Origin: Deltaproteobacteria bacterium
GTDB taxonomy: Bacteria; JAGRBM01; JAHCIT01
Direction of reading: 5' to 3'
Length of the DNA stretch: 64,000 nt
Assembly: GCA_026129095.1 (NCBI GenBank)
Contig: JAHCIT010000001.1
Location: 372,245-436,244, forward strand
In this document: one piece after another, positions 58,415 to 64,000 of the stretch
Position numbering within the stretch: the first letter of the stretch is position 1
Layout of the letters: each line of letters starts with the position of its first letter
Notes under the pieces: model-generated
What the model saw: only the letters and a program-made list of their open reading frames with translations
Databases searched by the model: none
What the model was told of the DNA's origin: nothing
Program-made: the position numbers and the translations under genes

Positions 58415-60916
58415 TCAGAATTCCACTTCTGCTTCCGGCATGAGTTTTCGGATGTCGGTTGCGTTGAGATAAAGCGAAGGCGAACGGTCTTTCACACAAA
58501 GGAAACCGTCTGACAACTCGCCACCAGGCCAGATAACGCGCACCTTGAGGTCAAACCGGAGCATGTCTGCGGTTCTCTCAATGACCTTTGCCTTCTTGGC
58601 GGTGGCCTTGAGCTCGTTTGAAACCTCAGTTGTAAAAAACCGCCAGTTACCGGATGGCTTCGCAGGTGGCTCCGGCTCAGGGGCAGACAAAGACGGCGCC
58701 AGTGGCTCCACTTTCGTTGATCCGGAAATAGCCTGAACTGGCTCCGAAGCGCCGCCGAATACCTCTTCAGCCGACATGATCGCCTCAGCTTCTGCGAGTG
58801 CTTTCTCGGTTTCTTCGGGAGTATTGAAGTTGGTGTACCGCATATCCGCGGCTACTTCGGAATCTGTTTCGCGCATCGCGGGGGGCTCTTCAGGAAAATC
58901 CACCATCTTGGCCGGACGTTCACCAAACAAATCCTCCGCCGTGGAAACATCGTCATCAATGGCAACTGCCTCGTCATCGAAAGCCCTGGGAGCTCCTTTG
59001 GCTATCAGTTCGTCAAACTTTCCAGACGGAGCCGGCGCCTCCCCATTTCGCAATTGGGCTGCCTGCCGGGCATGGACCGACAGTATCTCTCCATTTTTCG
59101 GGAGCGTGGAAATCCCATCCAGGTACGCTACGTCGTCATGGGCATAGGCCTCCCCCTGAGCATCACCCGCATCAATTCCGAGCTGGTCAGGAAGTCCTAC
59201 CGGGTCCGTACGGCCTGGTGCCACATCGGAAATCGTTGCACCGCGGCCGGCAAGCGCCTCTGGATCGGTGAGACTTTCAACTTCACCCAATGCAACTTCA
59301 GTCTCTTCGGCAAACATGGGCTCATCGGCCTCTGATACGCCGTCCAGGCTGGCAGAAACCGGCTTGATATCAGCGTCAGAAATACCCGTTTCGTCCGGAA
59401 ACTCCTCCGGGCTGGCAGCGGCCGGGCTATCGGATATTGCAACCGGTTCTTCTTCCGCTATAGCCGACGTTGATACCTCAACGGGCTCCACAAGGTCTGC
59501 ATTGACTGTTTCGCCCGCCACTTGCGCCGCCATCTCTTCAGCTTGCAATGCAAGCTCAGCAGCGGATTCCGATTGCATAACAGGAGACTGCGCTGGTGCG
59601 GCGGAATCGGAAAGATCCCACTCGCTGCTGGGCGGACTAGAAACTGCTACCGGCACATTACTGGCCGTTTCCTGAGCCAGTGACACTGCTTCAGGATCGT
59701 GAGCAGACTCTCGCTGTGCGCCAGGAGCGGGGGATTGTTCGGACAAATCCCAAGCACCGCTGAACTCATCAGAACCTGTCACGGCCTCGCTGGCCACAGA
59801 CTCAGGCTCCGGGGCCGCCTGAGAACCAGCATCCAAATCCTCGAATGGATTTTCATCAGATGGGGTTTCCGCTGCTTCTGATCCGGATGTACCCGGAGCC
59901 GCATCCAGTTCGGCAAACGGATCTTCATCGGCCGCCACGGGAATAGCGTCCATGGAGGCAGCCTCGGACTGCTGGCCGCTTTCGAAACCGGCAGCGAACG
60001 GATCTTCATCCTCAACAGGCTGAACGGGTCCAGCTGTTGCGGCGGCAACCGGTTCCTCCGGCATTTCCGGTTCAGCTAGCGGCTCCGCCTCCGGTTCTTC
60101 GGGAAGCTCAAGCATTTCATCGGGAGCTGCGTCCGTATTCGCATCAGCGGCCGGCGGTGCCTTGGCTGCCGGGGTTCCGCTTTCATCCACATCGTCGAGA
60201 GACCATGTACGGCCGCTCGTGCTCACCATGAGATCGGCGTCCGGGTCAGTCAAAAAGCCATCGTCCTGCTTGGCAGGTGATTCCGGCTTCTGTGAATCAT
60301 AGCGCTGAAAATCAAGATCGCCGCCGCTCTCAAGATCGGAAAGATCTGTCTTGGCAAGTGGACTCCGGGCCGGCTTGCTCCGGCCCAGTTCGTCGGGAAA
60401 CTGGGCTTTGGCGGCCACATTTTCTTCAGTGCCACCGGATAGATCCGAAAAATCGTCTACTGGCTTGGGAGCTGGTTTCGACTTTGGCTTGACGGGAACG
60501 GAACCGCGCGCCGATGGCTGGGACTTTGCAGCCTGGTCTTCACGGCTTGCTGCAGCGATAATTTCCGAAGTGAAGTGGCGGCTGCTCACTCCCTCCTGGC
60601 CAGTCAGCCGCTGGAGGTTTTCCCGGCCTCCAGCAATCGATACCAGATGAAATCCGTGTTGTGATGGGCGTCCACCCGATATGATCCAGACGCACCGCGC
60701 CGAAATGATCGACCGGTCCGGCATCAGAAAATCCAGCGGCTCGTTTGTTACTTTGGAAATGTACGACTTATAAGCAGGATTGCGGAATGGACCGCTTGGC
60801 GAGCCTGACGCCTGAAACATCAGTCTCAGTAGCGAAAAGTTCGGACCCACAGGCAACCATCGGAGGGGAACTCCTCCACCGGACTGGCCGCCACCTTTCT
60901 TGCTAAAAACTGCCAT
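58415..60916 (-). CDS. Large acidic low-complexity protein with small folded terminal domains
   Basis: 833-aa ORF with a central D/E/P/A/S-rich region containing recurring EDPF, WDLS and DLFG motifs. Confidence 0.7.
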   Translation of the reverse strand: MAVFSKKGGGQSGGGVPLRWLPVGPNFSLLRLMFQASGSPSGPFRNPAYKSYISKVTNEPLDFLMPDRSIISARCVWIISGGRPSQHGFHLVSIAGGRENLQRLTGQEGVSSRHFTSEIIAAASREDQAAKSQPSARGSVPVKPKSKPAPKPVDDFSDLSGGTEENVAAKAQFPDELGRSKPARSPLAKTDLSDLESGGDLDFQRYDSQKPESPAKQDDGFLTDPDADLMVSTSGRTWSLDDVDESGTPAAKAPPAADANTDAAPDEMLELPEEPEAEPLAEPEMPEEPVAAATAGPVQPVEDEDPFAAGFESGQQSEAASMDAIPVAADEDPFAELDAAPGTSGSEAAETPSDENPFEDLDAGSQAAPEPESVASEAVTGSDEFSGAWDLSEQSPAPGAQRESAHDPEAVSLAQETASNVPVAVSSPPSSEWDLSDSAAPAQSPVMQSESAAELALQAEEMAAQVAGETVNADLVEPVEVSTSAIAEEEPVAISDSPAAASPEEFPDETGISDADIKPVSASLDGVSEADEPMFAEETEVALGEVESLTDPEALAGRGATISDVAPGRTDPVGLPDQLGIDAGDAQGEAYAHDDVAYLDGISTLPKNGEILSVHARQAAQLRNGEAPAPSGKFDELIAKGAPRAFDDEAVAIDDDVSTAEDLFGERPAKMVDFPEEPPAMRETDSEVAADMRYTNFNTPEETEKALAEAEAIMSAEEVFGGASEPVQAISGSTKVEPLAPSLSAPEPEPPAKPSGNWRFFTTEVSNELKATAKKAKVIERTADMLRFDLKVRVIWPGGELSDGFLCVKDRSPSLYLNATDIRKLMPEAEVEF

Positions 60917-61177
60917 TGCGTTCCAACAGTCCTGCGGGAGAAACCGGCCTTGAACCAGTTTCGATATGCTTTCCTCCCGGTTCGGAGGCTACCCGCCTTG
61001 GACATCAAACATAGTGTGGATAGTGCCATAAGTTCAAACCTGCCTCGGAAGGAAATTCACTGATAAAACCACTATTTCCGGCCACTTCGGGACTCCGATG
61101 CAAATTTTCTTCTCCGGACTGGCATCATGGTTCTCTGCCGTGGCCAGCACCCCAGCCAGCGATTATGCTCCAGTCTA

Positions 61178-62083
61178 ATGAATGGTACACCACTAAAAGC
61201 CGGTTCTGTTCGCATTGCCATCGACCAGTTATCCATGCGGCTGGGCGATTTGGATGCCAATCTCGAAAAGCTGGAGGTGGCAGCCGAAAAAGCGGTCTCC
61301 AAGGGAGCTGGGCTGCTCATCACACCCGAGCTGGGACTGACCGGCTACCATCTGAAAGATGCCGTTTGCGACGTGGCTATCGGACGTGGTTCAACCGTAT
61401 GGAGGCGGCTCGAAAAGCTGTCCAAGCGTATTGATCTTGTCGCCGGTTTTGTCGAGCAATCACGTGCCCACCAGTATTACAATGCCGCAGGATACTTTTC
61501 CGCTGGAGAAACCACCCATGTTCACCGGAAGGTATATCTTCCGACATATGGAATGTTCGACGAGCAGCGGTATTTTGCACGTGGTTCCCGGATTGATGTT
61601 TTTGAAACCCGGATTGGCCGGGTTGCAATTTTGATCTGCGAGGATGCATGGCATCCGTCAGCTGTTTATCTGGCTAGTCTGCAGAACCCAGAGATTCTCA
61701 TAATTCCGTCCAGTTCCCCCATGCGGGGAGTCGCTGCCCGACCCGGAAAGCGGGGGACCCGTCGCGCGGCAAGTTCCGCCGGATGGGAGGAAATGAACCG
61801 GACTTACGCACGGCTGTATTCAGTGCATCTTGCATATGCCAATCGTGTCGGAGTGGAAGATGGCGTTGGATTTTCCGGCGGCTCTCATATCGTCGATCCG
61901 CATGGGCAAACGACCGCGCAGGCTCCTTATGGCGAAGAATTCCTCTTGCTGGCAGACATAGACAAGAGCGACATACGCCGGAGCCGCCAGCAGACGCCTG
62001 TCATCCGGGATGAAAACTTCGAATTTACTTTCAGTGAAATGGAGCGTATCCGGCGTCTTCGCTGGGAACAGGAACCTGGATGA
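61178..62083 (+). CDS. Nitrilase-family amidohydrolase, glutaminase subunit of NAD synthetase
   Basis: E-K-C triad in [36 protein letters not shown]-coupled to nadE. Confidence 0.85.
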   Translation: MNGTPLKAGSVRIAIDQLSMRLGDLDANLEKLEVAAEKAVSKGAGLLITPELGLTGYHLKDAVCDVAIGRGSTVWRRLEKLSKRIDLVAGFVEQSRAHQYYNAAGYFSAGETTHVHRKVYLPTYGMFDEQRYFARGSRIDVFETRIGRVAILICEDAWHPSAVYLASLQNPEILIIPSSSPMRGVAARPGKRGTRRAASSAGWEEMNRTYARLYSVHLAYANRVGVEDGVGFSGGSHIVDPHGQTTAQAPYGEEFLLLADIDKSDIRRSRQQTPVIRDENFEFTFSEMERIRRLRWEQEPG

Positions 62084-62964
62084 GCGGCCGCCGCAAAGCT
62101 TCTGCACTGAACGGGCCTATCAGTTTTGACCCAGCCATATGGCTTGAGCAGCTCATTATTGACGAAGAACTGACGGTACGGATTCTTACGGCATTCCTCA
62201 AGGAAGAAATCTCCAAAACCGGTTCCCGGAAGGCAGTTCTGGGGCTGTCGGGTGGCATTGATTCGGCACTCGTCCTGTATCTGGCGGTGAAAGCACTGGG
62301 ACCGGACAATGTTCTGGGAGTCACGATGCCCTACAGGCAATCGAGCCCACAAAGCCTTGCCGACGCACTCGAAGCAGTACGCGACACCGGCTGCCGTCAT
62401 GAAGTCGTCGAAATCACTCCCCAGATTGACGCCCATTTCAGCCGTTTTCCGGATGCCTCGCGCCTCCGGCGTGCAAACAAGATGGCTCGCGAGCGAATGA
62501 CGATACTCTATGACCTCTCGGCCCGGGATGGTTCCCTCGTTCTCGGCACTTCAAACAAGACAGAACTGCTGCTTGGCTATGGCACTCTTTACGGAGATAT
62601 GGCGAGCGCACTCAATGCCATTGGTGATCTCTACAAGACGCAGGTATGGCAGCTCTCCCGTTATCTGGGCGTGCCGGATTCCATTGTAAAAAAGCCGCCG
62701 ACCGCTGACTTGTGGGAAGGCCAGACAGACGAGGCTGAGCTGGGATTCACCTATGGACAGGCAGATGCCGCACTGTATCTTTTCATTGAAGAACGCCGGA
62801 CCCGTAATGAAATTATCGCGGCCGGGATACCGGAGACATTCTGTGATCTCATTCTGAGAAAAGTGCGGAGTTCCCAATTCAAGCGGCGGCTTCCGGTCAT
62901 CGCCAAACTGGGATCACGCACCATAGACCGTGATTTCCGCTATGCCCGCGACTGGGGAATGTAG
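62080..62964 (+). CDS. nadE: NAD+ synthetase, synthetase subunit
   Basis: [44 protein letters not shown]. Confidence 0.94.
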   Translation: MSGRRKASALNGPISFDPAIWLEQLIIDEELTVRILTAFLKEEISKTGSRKAVLGLSGGIDSALVLYLAVKALGPDNVLGVTMPYRQSSPQSLADALEAVRDTGCRHEVVEITPQIDAHFSRFPDASRLRRANKMARERMTILYDLSARDGSLVLGTSNKTELLLGYGTLYGDMASALNAIGDLYKTQVWQLSRYLGVPDSIVKKPPTADLWEGQTDEAELGFTYGQADAALYLFIEERRTRNEIIAAGIPETFCDLILRKVRSSQFKRRLPVIAKLGSRTIDRDFRYARDWGM

Positions 62965-62983
62965 CCACGGTTAAACTTTTACC

Positions 62984-63012
62984 TTGACAGTCCAGCGCTA
63001 CTTCTTCATTGT
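62984..63012 (+). promoter_or_regulatory. Putative sigma-70 promoter for the riboswitch and TonB receptor transcript
   Basis: TTGACA (62984-62989), 17-nt spacer, CATTGT (63007-63012). Confidence 0.45.
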
Positions 63013-63064
63013 TTGTCTCGGAGCCAGTATCAGCATTGCTGAAGCTGGCGCCAATAGATAAGCC

Positions 63065-63286
63065 GTTCCAGCAGGTGTCCGTCCCGTAGCCACAAGGTTT
63101 CGAGACGGAATAAATGGGAAGCCGGTGAGATTCCGGCGCGGTCCCGCCACTGTTAGGGAGATAACGGCCCGAACGCACCCCCCGGTCACTGGGAGCCCGC
63201 ATACGGACGGGTTTCCGGGAAGGCCGGGATCTGGAGGGGCGTCCGCGGTCAGGCTCCCGAAGCCAGGACACCAGCCTGATGGAACT
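63065..63286 (+). ncRNA. Cobalamin riboswitch (AdoCbl class)
   Basis: AGGTG...AATGGGAAGCCGGTGAGATTCCGGCGCGGTCCCGCCACTGT...CACTGG...GGGAAGG...AAGCCAGGACACCAGCCT; P1 GTTCCA/TGGAAC; upstream of a TonB-dependent receptor. Confidence 0.92.
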
Positions 63287-63321
63287 TCCGATTGATCGGT
63301 CCCCCGAGGAGGGTCTGGCCG

Positions 63322-64000
63322 GTGCGCGACTTGTCGCATACCTGGCGGCCTGCTTCCCGATGGGGAGGCGGGCCGTATTCAGTGGTGGTTCTGGTGCTGT
63401 ATGGCTGCCTGGCCTCAGTCCCTTCCGCTGCGTACGCGCAGGACAGCGAGCCAGGTGCACTAGAACTCCCCTCCGTTGTCGTCGAACGTGAGCGCACCGT
63501 TGCCGAGAGTGAAAACGAGCGCGACTCGACCGGTGCCGTCACAACGATAGAGCGAAAAGAGCTCGACCGGCCCGGCGAGAACCTCGATCAGGTACTGGAC
63601 CGGCAGGCAGGAGTGAGCGCCGTCCGGCTCGGCGGGCTTGGCGACTTTTCCGCCGCTTCGATACGCGGGTCCAGCTTCGATCAGGTTCTGGTTTTTCTGG
63701 ATGGAATCCCACTAAATGCCGGGCTGGGCGGAGCGGTCGACCTTTCGGCCCTGCCTCTTTCGCATATCGAGCGCATGGAGATTTACCGCGGCTTCGCACC
63801 GGTCGAAGCCACCGCGAGTGCCCTTGGTGGCGCGGTATTTCTTTCCACCCGTGAACTGGAAAAGGAAACCCTGTCGGCCCGTGGCGGATACGGTTCGTTC
63901 AATACGATATCGGCGGGCCTCTTTGGCGGCGGGCTGATTGATTTCACCGGGAACGAAAAAACCAGAATGGCCGCGGGCCTCGATTTCATGCACTCAAGGG
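63322..64000 (+). CDS. TonB-dependent receptor, BtuB-like, partial
   Basis: Not in the ORF track. GTG after GAGGAGG; manual translation gives signal peptide ...AYA-QD, TonB-box-like PSVVV, plug motifs SIRGSSFDQVLVFLDGIPLN, IERMEIYRG, ALGGAV. Confidence 0.88.
   Translation, partial: MRDLSHTWRPASRWGGGPYSVVVLVLYGCLASVPSAAYAQDSEPGALELPSVVVERERTVAESENERDSTGAVTTIERKELDRPGENLDQVLDRQAGVSAVRLGGLGDFSAASIRGSSFDQVLVFLDGIPLNAGLGGAVDLSALPLSHIERMEIYRGFAPVEATASALGGAVFLSTRELEKETLSARGGYGSFNTISAGLFGGGLIDFTGNEKTRMAAGLDFMHSR

Noticed and set aside
57606-60916. Possible tRNA-integrated genomic island
   Set aside because: No integrase and no duplicated tRNA 3' end seen; only the intergenic part is AT-rich.
60917-61177. 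Possible riboswitch or sigma-54 promoter in the divergent intergenic region
   Set aside because: Minus-strand TGGCAC lacks a correctly spaced TTGC, and no riboswitch consensus was recognised.
62897-63542. Minus-strand ORFs of 187, 113 and 97 aa
   Set aside because: They overlap the riboswitch and TonB receptor, which explain the region better.

Overview
GC-rich bacterial chromosomal segment. A deltaproteobacterial-like origin (Myxococcota/Desulfobacterota grade) is my inference from gene content. It is densely packed with about 55 CDS, one tRNA (CAT anticodon, probably Ile2) and a cobalamin riboswitch ahead of a TonB-dependent receptor that runs off the right end. Recognisable content: GldAFG-like ABC system with DUF4340, ahr, M16 protease, MenB/BadI-like crotonase, AlkC-like glycosylase, Na/Ca exchanger, orphan nuoI, NtrC-type regulator, NAD-type IDH family enzyme, cca, cvpA, uvrA, a B12-dependent acyl-CoA mutase large subunit, a complete mrpABCDEFG operon, truB, nrnA, ruvC, DEAD-box helicase, ald and a split glutamine-dependent NAD synthetase. 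I saw no transposase, integrase, prophage or CRISPR array. Most interesting unexplained signals: (i) two dispersed paralogues of an uncharacterised exported domain (9920-12070, fused to an ABC substrate-binding-like module, and 26202-27689); (ii) a very basic nucleoid-protein-like gene just after the tRNA, behind an AT-rich leader with an 18-bp perfect palindrome, convergent with a very acidic 833-aa scaffold-like protein; (iii) a mutase with isobutyryl-CoA-mutase specificity residues; (iv) a MenB-like enzyme missing MenB catalytic features; (v) a multi-hairpin 5' leader on the DEAD-box helicase. All functional calls come from motif recognition by eye, not from database searches.
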